Part shown: positions 1 through 13,754 of the stretch, piece by piece | How positions within the stretch are numbered: the first letter of the stretch is position 1 | Layout of the letters: every line of letters starts with the position of its first letter | Origin: Sphaerodactylus townsendi | Taxonomy: Eukaryota | Assembly: GCF_021028975.2 (NCBI RefSeq) | Contig: NC_059427.1 | Coordinates: 136,090,001 to 136,154,000 of the forward strand | DNA: 64,000 nt | Reading direction: 5' to 3' | The notes under the pieces: model-generated | What the model was told of the DNA's origin: nothing | Seen by the model: only the letters and a program-made list of their open reading frames with translations | Database searches by the model: none | Position numbers and translations under genes: made by a program

Positions 1-2309
1 TAAAATTAAACATGTAATTATAAGAGAATAACAGCACTGGAAATACTATTCTCTTTGGGCAGAAATGGCCATAACAGAGGACACAGCAGTCATGCATCCT
101 TCTGCTATGCCTGGACTGAGATTCCACTAAAATTATATTTTAATTTTAGTTTGTGTGAATTTTTAATTCTTGCAACGTGCTTTGGGAGCCAGTATTTTTT
201 TTGTTGAAAAGCAAGGTTAAAAATACAGTCAGTCTACCACTCCAATTCAGTCTATCTATGGAAATTCAGACAGGACATTGGAAATTTAAATACTGATGTG
301 TATGCTTTTAGGTTACACTGATTGTTTTAACTTGGTTTAACTTGGTTTTAAACTGCCTTAATTTGATTTTTGTAATTATTCTCTGATTAATTTTCAATAT
401 ATTTTCATGTTTTATTTTATTAGCTGTAAGGGTATACTATAGGAAGGTGTTCTACAAACATATTAAAGAAAGAAAGAAACTGCTTATTGCTAGTCAGTCT
501 TATGTGAGGACTGAGAAAAAATGTGCACATACCTGAAGGCATTTAAATGCAGTGAGCCAACTGTTTTTCTCTTTTAAACTAGTTTGCCTATTTCAGCTGA
601 ATGTTCACCTTTAATTTAACCCTCCTCCCCACACATGCACACCAAGCTGTATGTGAGTTTTCCCCTCATCTGCATTTATGGAGGTATAGAGGTTTCCAAG
701 GCTACCATGGATCAAGGTAGCTGTGAGAATGAATCCTCAGTTAAATACATAAGGAACAATAGTGACCAATGTGGCTTGAATCCAGCAGGCAGATTATTTG
801 GACAAAATCTTTCTGCCCATACAAAACTTTCTCAAGTACCCCTTCCACAGCATTCTCAAAAGCCCCTCCCCCCCATGCTGCTTCTGGGGGACATTAAATC
901 TTATTCATTTAAAATATTTCTACCCCACCTTTCTCATGCAAAGCATTATGCAAAGGGGCTTAAAAGAAGTCACTCTTTCTCTGTAATGTCTAATTTATGT
1001 CATGAAAGGATATTTTATGTTCCTCAGTTCTAAAAATGCCTTGTTGGCTGTTGTGGTGTGGGCTGGGGAAAGACAGATTATCTAAATACAATGCTAAATT
1101 CTACTTGACATTATGGAGGGGAAATGAACATTAGCTTTGCCAACTGTCATAGTTACGGCCAGACATATAGGGGAACAATTGCTGGACCAAAATAGTTGAC
1201 CAAAAAAAAAACCCCTCATAGAAAATGTCTCTGCACACAGAAACAGAGCTAGCCTGGCCTCTCAGTGAAGCATGCCGCAAAGGGAATTTAGATCTCAAAT
1301 TTAACAGCATTGGAGAGCCACAAAAAAAGTTAATCTAGTAATAATTCTCTAGATTAGAAGCTGTCTAAACTACTGTCAGCAGATATAATTTGTTGAGTCC
1401 CAGGTACAGAGAACATGCAAGTACGGCAGGAATATCCAACATCACAGACAATATCATTCAAAGATGGATGTGTTGGTTGAGAGTCAAAAGACATTTGGAT
1501 ATAGGAGAAACTTGTCGTCACTATTTTTAAATAAACATTGTTAAGCCAGAATGAACCAACAGTTTGCATATATTTTAAGAAGGCATTTTAAGTACAAATA
1601 ACCTTGTATAACATTTAAAGATATATGATGTGCACCCTTCTCTAGTGGGACAGTTAGCTATTGTTAGGAGATCATATATAAACCTATAAATATGGGAAAC
1701 TGAAATGTCTAAGAGCTTCTTCTCAGAAGGGGCTCCTTGCCTGTGACCTGCTTATTTTGGGGATAAAATACTCTTATGGAATCATATCATTGCTCTCCTT
1801 TGATTATCTATGTAATAGTGATGGATGATATATTTCATTGATTTAGACAATAGAATATTTCTAATCATATTTATTTGTATGCTATACTCAGAACAAACCT
1901 AAAACGTTACCGAGGGTTACCTCTGACCAGAAGTGAAATTATTTGATATAGGATGCCTAGGGCTTCTTAACTGCACACGTGTATCTGAATCAGGCCTGAC
2001 CTGATTCCTCTGAAACACAACCTCTAGGCAAGGCCTGGAAATCATTAAAACTGATCTCCACACTATAGAGGTCAGCTGAAGTAAATGGCTGCTTTAGAGG
2101 GTAGAATCTGGTACTTCCACAGACACTGAATAATACACTTTCAATTGGCTTTCAATAAATGTTACAAATGGATTTCACTGTGTGAAATGGCAAGTGCCAC
2201 TTGCAAATGATTGCTAAAATGCATGAAGAATGTATTGAAAGTGCTCTCTTTTCTGCCCAGCATCCAGAGGGAAAATGGAGCCCGGTGCAAAATCTGAGTT
2301 TTGCACACA

Positions 2310-2856
2310 CACCCCCACCATGGGCAGCCACTGTGATGCTGGAATCCATCCCCCAAACAGCATCACTTTCAATGGTGTTTAAGCTAGGGAGCCCAGATTA
2401 TCCTTTTAAATCCACCTTAAAGGGAGAATCTGGGGTCCCCAGTTAAAACAACATTGAAAGTGATGCTGTTTTGGGGTGCATTATCACCCACCCTGAAACA
2501 GCATCACTTGAAATGTTTAAACTGGGGACCTCAGATTCTCCCTTTAAATCCATGCCAAAGGATTTAAAAGAAGAATCTGGGGAAATTTGTGGGGGGGTGC
2601 CTGCTTTCAGGCGTGCCACTGTTAAGTTAGCAGTACCAACCTTTCAGGGTATCAAACCTCACCTAACTTGGGTGGTATCATCAGGAGAGTCTCCTGTAAA
2701 ATCTCTGAAATTTTGGTGCTGCTAGCTAGCTTAAAAACTGTGCCCCCTGCAGGCTAAAAACTGAAAAAACACTACAAAATACCAAAAAACCACAAACGAA
2801 CCTGCAATTTTTACACCCCCCACAAGGGGACACCCAATGCAACTTGCACTCTCTAG
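2310..2856. mobile_element. Non-autonomous DNA-transposon-like repeat fragment with internal inverted and direct units
   Basis: 2351-2408 is an inverted repeat of 2418-2476, and the unit recurs at about 2496-2560. The motif 'tttcagggtatc...ggtatcatcaggagagtctcc' resembles the repeat at 20525/26055/40481. Boundaries are approximate. Confidence 0.45.
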
Positions 2857-4146
2857 CCCCCTGGTAGCTTTGTCTCTGCCAGCATCCAACGCCCAACTCT
2901 CCAGAAATTTCTCAGCCTGGAGCTAGCCACTCTGAGCATTATCGAGCGGCAATCCCTTTTCAACGGAGTCTCTAAATCTGGCGTAACAATTTCGGAATTC
3001 CCACCATGATTTTGGGAGGCCCACTTGCACATAAATTTGAGAAATTGTGTTGCAGAGTCAAACTTAAAAAGTTGAAAATAGGACAACTGAGACATAACAC
3101 CACTCCCCTTCAAGAATGTAATTGGAGGCTGGTTTGACGGCAGCATATGTCTACAGGAATAATATATCTTGTGTGTGCTATTTCCTTTGATCAAATGTGC
3201 CTTGCCCCCAAGCTACCACTGATCCAGGGTTGCTGTGGTAAGGACTTTATTCTCATTTAAATAAAGTAATATTCCAATAAAACTCTCATGGGTATAGGAT
3301 TTCTCTAGTCAGAGTGTCTTCTGGAGTTGCTGTAAATTTATGCTGTTTTTTTAAAAAATGTTCAAACTGGATTTTCCAGCAAAAGAGGGTGTTTTTTTCA
3401 TATAAGAGGCCTCTGTTTCTGCTGATATCAGCTCCTTGAGACTCACATCCCACACTTAAGCAAGTTAACAGAGAATTTACCAATCATTTACAGAAGATGA
3501 AATTCACATTTCTGGGCCTTCCTCGGATTACAGTTTGTAATCAGCTGTCAAAGTAGTCACCATTTCTCTTTATAGCACAATCATTACCATAAATGATATT
3601 TTCTATGCAGAGAGATTATTCAGTATATCTTTCCAAGCCATTGCAAGTTCACCATTATTTCATTTACAAATGAGAATGAAGAGAAGTGTCTACTAAACAG
3701 AACATTCCTATTATAGTTCTAAAGGAGTTTGCTCCTCTTCCCCATTCTCCTCTGCAGACTCCAATACATCTTTTCTGAACATTTTGCAGACAAATATTTG
3801 AGATACAAATTTAGCACTGAATTATATTTTATTTCAATATTCGCTCTTTTAACTGCTGTTGGACTTTATATTTGATACTTTAATTGAATGTTCAAGATGT
3901 AATAACTAGTGTGCAATTGTTTAGTATTTTAATTTGCCTTCTCCTATCTTCTTTAACTTCTATCTTCTTTAATTCCTATCTTTTTTAACTGTGTCATGGA
4001 AGGAGTGTGGGGCATTGCAGGTTTGCCACAGATGGAAGTAAGGACCTGCATTTGATAAAGCTGAACCTCTCCCAAAAGCCAAAAATGTCGTACTGGCATT
4101 TTCAGGGGGGGGGGCACGCCCCACCCCTGGTTTTTAAATTGTAGCT

Positions 4147-4283
4147 TAGTGGTTCCTAACCTTTTTTTAATTTGAGTACCCCTTGGCAACCAGTTTTCCT
4201 AAAATTGTACCTCCATATTAGTGCGCACACCCCCCCAAACACTCTGGCACATACCCCTGCTTACTTTAGGTTGGAAACCACTG
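4147..4283. mobile_element. hAT-type MITE
   Basis: TIRs tagtggttcctaacc / ggttggaaaccactg; degenerate 8-bp TSD TTGTAGCT / CTGAAGCT. Confidence 0.6.
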
Positions 4284-4670
4284 CTGAAGCTGGTAATTCA
4301 GATCCTGAAAAAGCTGGAAAAATGGCTTTGGAGGGATCATTCTGGGATCACCAGCTACAGCAGCAGAAAGGGAAGAAACTCCTGCTTCAGCTTATAGAGA
4401 AGAAAGGGTGAAAAGTTCTGCAGTGAAGACTTTCCAGACAATGAGGCAGCAGCATTAAGCAGCCCAATATTCTTCTTCTGTTCCTCAAGCAAATTAGAAT
4501 CAGGTGCCTTGCACTTCGTCAGAACAGAGTGTAAGACCCATAAACAAATAAGCAACTGTTCAAAAAAGGGTTTAATAGTATTGAAAGTTTAGGACTCTTG
4601 ACTCCTCCCATGAAGTCTAACTAAAATACTTGCAATGCTGAAAACAATTGGAGATTGTTTGAAGAACTTG

Positions 4671-5188
4671 GGTCGTTTCTGCATGTGCCAAAATCATCGA
4701 TTTCGGCCTAGCAAACACCATTTTTGGGAGGAGCCTTTGCACAGACGGAGCTGCCAAATTGATGCGGCATCACTCTCTCCCCACCAAAATTGTGTTTTTG
4801 AACCTTGCTCTCTGAGTGACGTTTTTGGAAAACGCTGGCTTCCATCCGGTGCTGAATGATTGGCAACAGGTGGCAGCTGGCATATTTTCTGTGCCACTCC
4901 CAAACACCTCCTGCCACCTTCCATCACTTTGTGGAAGCCAGGGGACATGCCTCTTGGCCTCTGACCCCAGAGGTGTCGCTCTGGCCATGGTGGGGCGTGT
5001 CTCCTGGCTTCCACAAAGCGACGGAAGGTGGCAGGAAATAGGAGGCATCCAGGAGCGGCACAGCCCATGTGAAGGCTGCACCGCCAGCTGTGGAGCCAGC
5101 CGGGCAATTCATGTGAACAGCTCAGAGGGGTGCATCGGCATGAACTATGCCAATGCACCCCCGCTCAGCTGGCTGTGCGGAAACAGCC
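4671..5188. mobile_element. PIF/Harbinger-type MITE (518 bp)
   Basis: Termini ggtcgtttctgca / gtgcggaaacagcc, 3-bp TSD TTG, internal palindrome at about 4910-4943 versus 5004-5035. Confidence 0.7.
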
Positions 5189-6157
5189 TTGCAGACACCA
5201 ATTCTTCCTTGAGTGCTTCTAAGAAAGTCTGTGCTGCTTGTGCTGCTTCTGAGACCCCCGGAGTCCTCTCTCTGCAATTCTGTTGGAACTTGATTACTCA
5301 AACACTATGGATCTCCAACACCTTATACGTCTGAGATATTGTTGTCTCCAGCCTTTCCCAGACACCTGAAAACTAAACAGATTGGAAAAAAGGGACTGCT
5401 AACAAAACTACTATAGTGCTCTTGTCTACAGTGGGCATCTTAAAGGGACAGGGTCTAACTAAGGTTCCCTCCCAAGGAATACTGTACAAAAACAATTAAG
5501 CCCATTCTATCTAAGGGTATTACTGAGGCTTAAATAAAGAAAATAGCAAGGGTGTCTCTAGGGGTATGACAATTCTCCATCCTTTCATTGGTCTCATTGC
5601 GCAAGACAGACTTTCCTTTTCCCCCACCCGCACTGTTTGATGCTTCCAAACCTCTGAGGGGGATGGGTACAACAATACCCCTGCCACTATTTGGGCAGAT
5701 ATATACTTTAAGACATTCCTTCTTGGGCAGTTCCAAGAACATCTTTAAGGTTCTTATTAACCTGTTGCTGAAATTTCCTCCATTACCATGTGCATGGTGA
5801 TCCTTGTCCTCCTTCACGTCCCTTAACTAACTACATCTTTTCTAGGGGGCCTATGGCTTAACCATTTAGTCCTTAACTAAAATGGCAATCTTTTCCAGGC
5901 CATATATGTAGTCCTTTGCTACATTTCTTTCCCTTTCAGTTCCTCTGCTATCTTCTCTGCTTTTAGCAGTAAGATTGATCTGCCTGCTGCCAGAAGTCCA
6001 AAGTACCCTTCTACAAGAAAAGCACCATTTCCGTGGAAATCTGACCAGGAAGCACTGTAAAAAAATCACTTAGCATGACGTTTTGGAAGGCCCACACTTA
6101 TACATAGGTAAGTACACTTGTTGATTCTAACTTGGCAGCTACAGTTGGTCACTGTCA

Positions 6158-6573
6158 GGCCGCTTCCGCACGGAGGCGGAAGTGGCCGGGTCGGCGTAGT
6201 CGACACCGAGCCGACGCCGCTGGGACCGTCCGCATGGTGGACTTACCTGGTCTCCGGCCCTCCGGCACAGAGCAGGGGGGCGTGTCCCCAGGCCCCGATG
6301 ACGCGCCGGAGGGCCAGAGACCAGGTAAGTGAAGGGAGGGAGTGGGGGGGAAGCGCCTGGAAGCTGCTGCCGTTCACACAGCAGCGGCTCCCTGCCAGCA
6401 TTTCCAGGAAAGTGCGCTTCCAAGCGCACTCTGGAAACGCTGGCTTGGCGCCGGTCGGGCGGCGTGAGGGTGGCGCAGCTGCGCAGCAGCTGCACCCCCT
6501 GTGCGAATGGCTCCCTGGGGATGGCGTTTTTGCCATCCCCAGGGCGCCATACAACGCCCATGCGGAAAGGGCC
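6158..6573. mobile_element. Young CpG-rich PIF/Harbinger-type MITE
   Basis: Termini ggccgcttccgcacgg / catgcggaaagggcc; internal inverted repeat 6241-6266 versus 6305-6330; many intact CpGs in an otherwise CpG-poor window. Confidence 0.7.
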
Positions 6574-7659
6574 CAAGTTCAAAGCTGACAGTTAATTGCT
6601 TCAAAAACTGAGGAAACCAAGGCTTTGCCCAGCTTCTGTTTCTACCACAGTCAATATCCAGACTTCCCTATATAACACTGGGGTAAGCATCTCACATCTG
6701 TAAAATCATTAACAGAAATGCAGAACAGAACCCCAGACTACCAGATTTTGTGTGTCCACTAAGAAAACTCTCCATCTCTTGTGTCTGATTTACATTGCTG
6801 TCTTAAAGTCTGTGTTTATGTAAAACTGAATATGGCTTCTACCCTGCCAGGCTTATTTAGCTATAATAATGAAGTGCTGACCCAATTCGATTTTATATTG
6901 GGACAATGTATCTGGAACAGAAAAAAGTGTTCTTCAAAATTGAATCAGTGCTAGAGAGCTTATTGCAAAACATACCGTTTAAGACAGAGATAGTGGACTC
7001 ATTTTCAGTCTTGGAATGGAGAAGTCAGTGCTGCACGAGACAAATCTAATTCTCTTTTTCTTTTCCTTTTTTTTTAAAATGAAGTCTACACAAAGAAAGC
7101 AATAAAATAGTTGACGGTAGCCAAACCGTCGCCAAGATAAAAACACAGTTTATTCCTTATGAATTATTAACAGGATCTCTTAGTAATAAACAACAGTGAT
7201 GATCTGATAAAAGAAAGCATTGGAAGCTGTAAATATGTCACTGCAGAAGAATTAGTGGAAGTACGCCAATGGATATTACAGAAATAAAGTACGATGAGCT
7301 GGATGTGTGTGTGAAGAATTGTGGGGGAAGGGACAATCTGGAAATGCCACTCCCTCCCTCCCAATAATGTCCTCCACAATTCTCCTCCCAGCTGAACATT
7401 CCATTCTTGTTGGAGGCTATTTAGTCCTTCTTGGAAAGGCTTTTGAGGGCTCTCTTCTAATTAATTCAGTCATCTTTTTCTGCATAGCTGGGGAGTACCT
7501 TGAATATGTACCAATCTCTGCCTTATCTGTGGATGGCAGAATCATACAGGGACAAGCCACTTCAGCATTAGGCAGAGAGATGCAGTTTTTACAAGTTTCA
7601 CCTATCTTCCTTTTTCAGTTTTAAAATTGTGCTGTACATCTCACAGCCCCATTTCAGTT

Positions 7660-7865
7660 AGGTGAGTGTGGAAAGTGTCATCAAGAGACAGCCAACTTAT
7701 GGTGATCCTGTGAAGTTTTTTAGGCAAAAGACAAATAGAGTTGGTATGACATTGCCTGCCTCTGTGTAGAGACCCTGGACATCCTTAGTGGTCTCCCAAC
7801 CAAATACTAACTAGGGCTGACCTTCCCTTGCTTCTGAGATTTGATGAGGTAGGGCTAGTCTGGAG
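7660..7865 (-). mobile_element. 5S rRNA-derived SINE (5S-Sauria-like), degraded
   Basis: Reverse strand shows a 5S-like head (atctcagaagcaag...ttagtatttggttgggagaccac) joined to a Sauria/RTE-like tail (ggcaatgtcatacca...ccataagttggctg). Confidence 0.6.
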
Positions 7866-8502
7866 AAGGATTGTAGTTTCTAACCTGTTGTTTTACCTTC
7901 AAACCTGTGCCCTCCCCTACAACTGCAAGAAGTGGTAAAATCTCAAGAAGTGTCTCCCATCTACATATAAATCAACTTATGCCTCTAGTGAGTAGATTCT
8001 GTTAGTCATCACATCCATTTTTAAATTTTTCATTGGATTTGTTTTACCAAATATACAGTCAAGGACTATTAATCAATTGCCTGTGGTACTTAGGGATCCA
8101 GAGTGCTTTGTTGCAGTTATGTCCACCACTTCATCATACAAATTTGATTACTACAGTCAGTTCTGGGGGACAGGGTCAGAGATTGATGCTGATCCTCCCC
8201 AATCAGCTGAGACTTGGCTTTTGATCTCCAGCTTAAAAAACTTAACTGTGTCCCAACCATACAGAATCACCTGAGATTTGGCTGATGTCTCCACACAAAA
8301 CATTGGTACAACCCAGCTGGGGCACAGGAAGGGTTTTTTGGGGGGTGGGGGGTGGGGGGGTAGAAGATGGGGATTCAGAAGTCAACTGTCAACGTACCTC
8401 ACTGATCATCTTCAAGGAGGCTTCTGAGCCCCTTCCATTTGTGCCTGTGTCTATGCTGGACTGGGAAATACTGAAAAAATTGTATTGTGGCACAGTATCT
8501 GC

Positions 8503-8643
8503 GGCTCATTCCGCACATGCAGAATAATGCACTTTCAAACTGCTTTCAATGCTCTTTGAAGCTGTGTGGAATGGCAAAATCCACTTGCAAACAGTTGTGA
8601 AAGTGATTTGAAAACGCATTATTTTGCGTGTGCGGAAGGGGCC
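8503..8643. mobile_element. 141-bp Harbinger-type MITE, family A
   Basis: TIR ggctcattccgcacatgcagaataatgc / gcattattttgcgtgtgcggaaggggcc; near-identical copies at 23155 and 62310, variant at 38334. Confidence 0.85.
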
Positions 8644-8693
8644 TGAGACACTTCACACTGTGCCATGGAGAGAAACATATCTGACCATGTCAT

Positions 8694-8790
8694 GCCTCTA
8701 AAGATGCCAGTCATATATGCAAGCAGAACATTAAGACTACCAGACCATGGTCACACAGCCCCCCCCCCAAAAAACACAACAGCCAATTGA
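8694..8790 (+). mobile_element. Degenerate Penelope-like pLTR fragment (decayed hammerhead)
   Basis: cctctaaagatgccagtcatatatgcaagcagaac...catggtcacacagccc aligns with 37639-37731; catalytic core is mutated. Confidence 0.5.
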
Positions 8791-9065
8791 AAAAATTCAT
8801 GTTGTATTCACTGTACCACATTTGTCCCTCAAAGATTTTGCTTCTGCTGGAATACATTTACAAAAGCATTCTTCTCGATTTACTTTATTTCTTTATTATA
8901 TCTTCCCCATAGCCTTCAATCAAAAAGTGGCTCACAGGAATCAAAATCTAATAGAAAATTCAATATAAATCGTTCCTTGGTGAGAGAGATGTTCACTTGG
9001 ACCAGGATCCAGGCATGATGATTGAGGTGCCCAACTGTTTCCTGCCCTCCTTAAAATGTTCTACA

Positions 9066-9369
9066 GCAAGGTTTCCCAATGTGGCACCCTGAAGTGTTTT
9101 CAGAAAGTTGGTGGGGCCAAGTAGGACTTTCTGATTGGCCATCAGAGATTTGATTGAATGTACTGATTTTTTAAAACTTTGGTTTGGCAGCAGCTTCCAG
9201 CACAATGCTAGATCACTGTGTGGCTAAAGATAAGCTGCAGAAGCCATGTTATGCCTGTCTCCACCTCCTGTGGCAGGCTATTTTGTGGCAGTCATTTTTT
9301 GGTAGTACCCATCACGCTATGTCAGAATTCCAAACGTGCCCATAGGCTCAAAAAGGTTGGGAACCCGTA
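9066..9369 (+). mobile_element. Old hAT-type non-autonomous element
   Basis: Ends gcaaggtttcccaa / aaaaaggttgggaacccgt; internal homology to 61903-62261. Confidence 0.55.
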
Positions 9370-10761
9370 CACAGGACTAGCAATAGACAGCAGTTGGGCT
9401 TTATGTTTGTGCCTGGCTATTGAGAATCTAGCAAGCTCTCTGGAAGGGAACTTGAGAATACAAAAACTCGGGAACCTCTAAAGCTCCTTCCTCTTATATC
9501 CAATCATTACCTGTGGAATAAATGTTCAGGGTGACTACATTGAGGAGGTATTTATTTTTACACTTAATTTTGACTTGAGATCTATTATATTACCTTCCTG
9601 TGTGACCTCCCGTAGTACTGAAAAAGAAAAATTTATGGGTGAGATCTGAGAAATTTGCCAACAGTTTTATTGCCATATATAAAGGGTATAAATCTGCTTC
9701 AAAATCAAATTCATCCACACCTTTAAGGAGGCACTAAATGGATTCAGTCAGCCTTGACAAATTAGTCTATCTGAAACAGTGCAAATCACATAGTTCAGCA
9801 TTAGCACATTTTACTGGAAATCGCACAAGCTCAAATTGTTGGTAATTTCACATGCATAATTTACAAGTACAATGATTTAACTCCATAGACAAGGAGAGAT
9901 TAAAACTAAATTTGTCCTTTCCTCTCTTAATGAAATAGTACTTGCAGAAACAATAAAATAAAAGTTTGGCCACCATCCTATTATAGCTCATCTCTGAAAA
10001 TTAAATACACTTTTTCTCTTAATAAAATTGCATATGCATGCATTAGCCTCTGAATATGAGAGAAGATTTCTGTGAATTGTAAACTTAAAGTATCTTTTTA
10101 TTGTTTTCAAAGCAGTTTCTTTCTTGCTTATATAAACTCTGTGAGTACAGTTTTGCTGAAATCCATGTGAAATCCACCCCCTCCCTCCAATCTCTTAGGT
10201 CCTCATTTTTCCCCTTAAAGTACACCCAGACATAATTTGTGCCATGTCTCCTACCCAATCCAGGCTTGAGAGCTAGAGCCCTTGTTTTCCTGGCCCTCAG
10301 TTCCAAGTTCTCACTAGTCACTAGTACTTTTATGTCAGTTTTTTCAACAGCTTTATTTTTCCTTGGCTTCTCTATCACTTATTTCCATGTCATCACCTTC
10401 CACTATTTTTCGGGGTCACTGCTTTTCAGTTTGTCCTACTTCCTGCAGCCATTTTGTCCTACTTCCTGCAGCCATTTTGGTTTCTTTTCCCAACTGTCAT
10501 TATCACTTTTCTCTCCTTTGTTCTGTAGTCTCTGATTTCTTCAGATGCCTCTTTCTGATTAATCACTTCATGCTCAACCCCCTCTTCGCTTATCCCAATT
10601 CTGTACTCATCTTTCCTTCCACTGTCACTTTTAATCCTCCCATCAGCTTCCTGATCTCTTATCTGAGTTTCCCTATGTCATGTTGTGTAGATAAAATGAA
10701 AGAGAGGAAAATAACGTAAGTTGCTTTGTCCCACTGGGGAGAAAGGCACAATGTAAATGAA

Positions 10762-10802
10762 GTGAATGAATGAATGAATGAATGAATGAATGAATGAATG
10801 AG
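10762..10802. repeat. (TGAA)n microsatellite
   Basis: About 10 units, at the tail of an old SINE/L2-like 3' end. Confidence 0.9.
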
Positions 10803-11050
10803 GGACTGAACCTCTTTACCAGGGATCTGAAAAGGTCAGCTGCGGTATGTGGTGCTTACTGATCCTCTGATGTTCTGTTTTGAACATCTGCTCAGGCAAT
10901 GAGTATTTAAATTAGACTTATTTGAAGTAAGGCTGCCTGTGAACATTAATAAGTCCTATCACATTGAATGGGGCTTGAACCATGGCATAGCATAGGAGCT
11001 GGTCTGTGGTTCAGTGTTGAGTATTTGCTGGCATGCAGAAGGTCCTAGGC

Positions 11051-11132
11051 CCGTGGTGGCGAACCTTTGGCACTCCAGATGTTATGGACTACAAATCCCA
11101 TCAGCCCCTGCCAGCATGGCCAATTGGCCATG
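11051..11132 (+). mobile_element. Truncated hAT-type MITE (related to 46257-46361)
   Basis: Core ctccagatgttatggactacaaatcccatc is shared with the 46257 element. Confidence 0.6.
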
Positions 11133-11289
11133 AGTGTCGTCTTAGGTCAAATCAACCTAAGGGAAATAGCACAACATCATGGAATCAAAAGGAAAAAAAA
11201 ACCCTGAAAAATGTCTAAAACATTATTTTCTCCTTCCCCACTGAAAATGATATCATGTAGATCCATTTACAGAGAAACATTGCCATCAT

Positions 11290-12384
11290 GTCAGAAAAAT
11301 AGTACACCACAAAATGTACTTAAGAACCATATTCTAAATACTCCGTCTCTCATTACATGGGTTCCATTTTGCATTTTTAAGTCCATAAACAATTATATAA
11401 ATCTTTTTCCAGATCTATTGTTTCTAATTTTATTCTTCTTTGATCTGGATTTTAAAACAGTCAATAATTGAGACTCGATAATATAATTTAATATTGGGTA
11501 CTGATAGTCTTCTCTTTTTCTTGTCTAGTAATACTTTAAATCTGATTCTTGACTTTTTGTTATTCCATATGAACTGGTTTATATGTTTCTGCCATTCCTT
11601 TGGGTTTTTTTCTTATATATAAATTGGAACATCTGAAATAAAAAAAATGGTAGTACTATCAATTTTACTGTGAAATTCTTCCCAGCTATGAAATTTTCAA
11701 TTTAAAGCATCTTTGCATGTTCTCATATCTTCTTTCATGTTATTTTGTAGTTGCCTTTAAATAATGTGTCACTTTGTCCAGTAAAATGTATTCCCAAATT
11801 TATTGGATTTAATGTTACAACACATCCTGTAATCTTTTAAAATATATATTTTCCTGCTTTATTAAAAATTTCAGGATTATTTTAGTATTCTTCCTTTTTG
11901 ATTTTGTAGCCTGAGAAGGATGCAAATTATTCAGTTTTGTTCTGTTATATATTGCATCAACATTTAAGGGTTAGAAATTCTAGGGACTTGTCTGATCTGA
12001 TCTTAATAGCCAGCACTTCCTGCACATGAATTAATAAAAGTGGAGATAATAGACATTCTTGATGTGTTCCCTTTTCTGTTTGGAATCCACTAGGTAGAGC
12101 ACTCTTTATTAAGATCTTTGCATGCTGTTTTGTATAAATACACGGTATCCAATTCATGAATCTTGAACCACAATTTAAACTTCCAGGTGTTTTCAGTAGA
12201 AAAGGCCAAGCTATATTATCAGCTGCATTTTCAGCATTTAGGAACATAAATGCTGCTTTATTCTTTTTATTCCCACAAAGTATGTTGCATTAATCACAAA
12301 ATATACATTATCTTTCATGAATCTATTTGGTACAAAGTCATTCTGAGCTGTATGAATTAGTTTTGTTATACATTTTCTAGTCTT
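11290..12384 (-). mobile_element. L1-clade LINE ORF2 (RT) fragment, degraded
   Basis: ORF 11957-12247 gives FLNAENAADNIAWPFL...KGTHQECLLSPLL, matching the L1 RT motifs LDAEKAFD and GTRQGCPLSPLL; adjacent A-rich, stop-ridden coding remnants. Confidence 0.75.
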
Positions 12385-12454
12385 TCAGACATTATTGAGG
12401 TGAAAAGGATAGTGATTAATTCCCATTTCCCAGTTTTTACATGGAAAACACTGA

Positions 12455-12669
12455 TCATTTATTTGTTTTCTGAAACTAAATGCCATCCTCTCCAGACACT
12501 TGTTTGGGATTCTCAACTCACAGGTTAAAAATATAATAAAATTATACAAGAGCAATTTAAGAATTATCAATATTAATAAATCATAAAAAGTCAATAAAAC
12601 AAGATTACAACAATGAGCCACTGTCATAAAAAATAGGCACCTGATGAGCCTTGGGGGGAGTGCCAGGAG
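12455..12669 (-). mobile_element. Old L2-like LINE 3' end, interrupted by the Penelope element
   Basis: Reverse strand shows a T-rich 3' UTR ending in a degraded terminal stem-loop/aaataaat; L2-like sequence resumes at about 14700-14775. Confidence 0.4.
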
Positions 12670-12675
12670 TTAATA

Positions 12676-13737
12676 ATGTACAAACGATATATAGATGACT
12701 TGTTCTTTATTTTTGGTCCAGGTTTTGATTTTGAACACTTTTTGCACTGGATTAATTCCCTCCACACATCAGTTCAATTTGAAGGTCACTGGAACCAACA
12801 AACTATTAACTTTTTGGATACCAGAATCAGTTTAGACAGTGACAACAGGCTAATTTTCAACATCTATCATAAGCCTACAGACAAAAACAACGCATTACAT
12901 TTTCATTCATTTCATCCTTGTAGAGTGAATTTGCCCTTTAGCCAATTAGTTAGGGCAAAAAGGAACTCTACTACACAGGATTCCTTCAGAAAGGAAACTA
13001 ATAATATAATATATCAATATTATAACAGAGGATATCCTGAAACCATTTTGCAGACAGCCCTAAATAGAATTGACAACATTAACAGATCAGACTTGTTAAA
13101 ACCCAAGGAAAAGGAGAAACACACAACTCTGGTCCGGGCTTTAGATTACACTAGTAAAGCTATACAGATTCAATCTATAGTTAGAAAACACTGGCATATC
13201 GTTTCAGATTTACCTGGTTTTTCCAGCTTTCCTAAAATTGGATATCGGAGAACCAAAAATATTAGAGACACATTGGTTAGAGCTGACATAAGAACTAAAA
13301 TGATACCACCACCAATAATGTCTGGTCACTTTAAGTGTGGCAGATGCTCTGTCTGTTCTTTTTCCATGAATACCAACTTGATAGTAGACTCCTATTCAGG
13401 TTTCAAGTGGACATTAAAAGAATTTACTAATTGTAATACTACTAACTGTGTCTACCTTATTAGATGCCCATGTAATATGGTGTACATTGGCAAAACGACA
13501 CGCACTATCAAATTGAGGATCTCTGAGCATAAATCAAATATCAAACACAACACATTTCAGGAAACATGGACACACAGAAAATGATATGAGATTTCTGGTT
13601 CTTAAAAAATACAAACAAATCCCATTTGTTGATTTAAACAAATTTATTTTACAGGAAGAAAATAAATTCATTTACAAATTTCAAAGCCACAGATTTGGCT
13701 TAAAGAAAGATCTTGATTTTTCCTGCCACCTTAACTG
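12676..13737 (+). pseudogene. Penelope-like RT/GIY-YIG endonuclease, truncated and frameshifted near the C-terminus
   Basis: Open ORF 12676-13584 contains YKRYIDDLF (RT catalytic motif), INFLD, YHKPTD, the CGRCSVC linker and VYLIRCPCNMVYIGKTTRTIKLRISEH (GIY-YIG). An out-of-frame tail ...FGLKKDLDFSCHL continues to about 13735. Confidence 0.9.
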
Positions 13738-13754
13738 ATTGTAAGCAGAGTATT

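Noticed and set aside
4694-6604. Overlapping 100-170 aa ORFs on both strands
   Set aside because: By-products of GC-rich palindromic MITEs. The same applies to the ORFs at 27425-28066 and 50559-51242.
5332-6919. Possible solo LTR surrounding the 6158 MITE
   Set aside because: LTR-like composition, but no matching TSD or second copy in the window.
12641-12670. CTGATGA upstream of the Penelope ORF
   Set aside because: No downstream GAAA or stem II, and it lies in the flanking LINE remnant.
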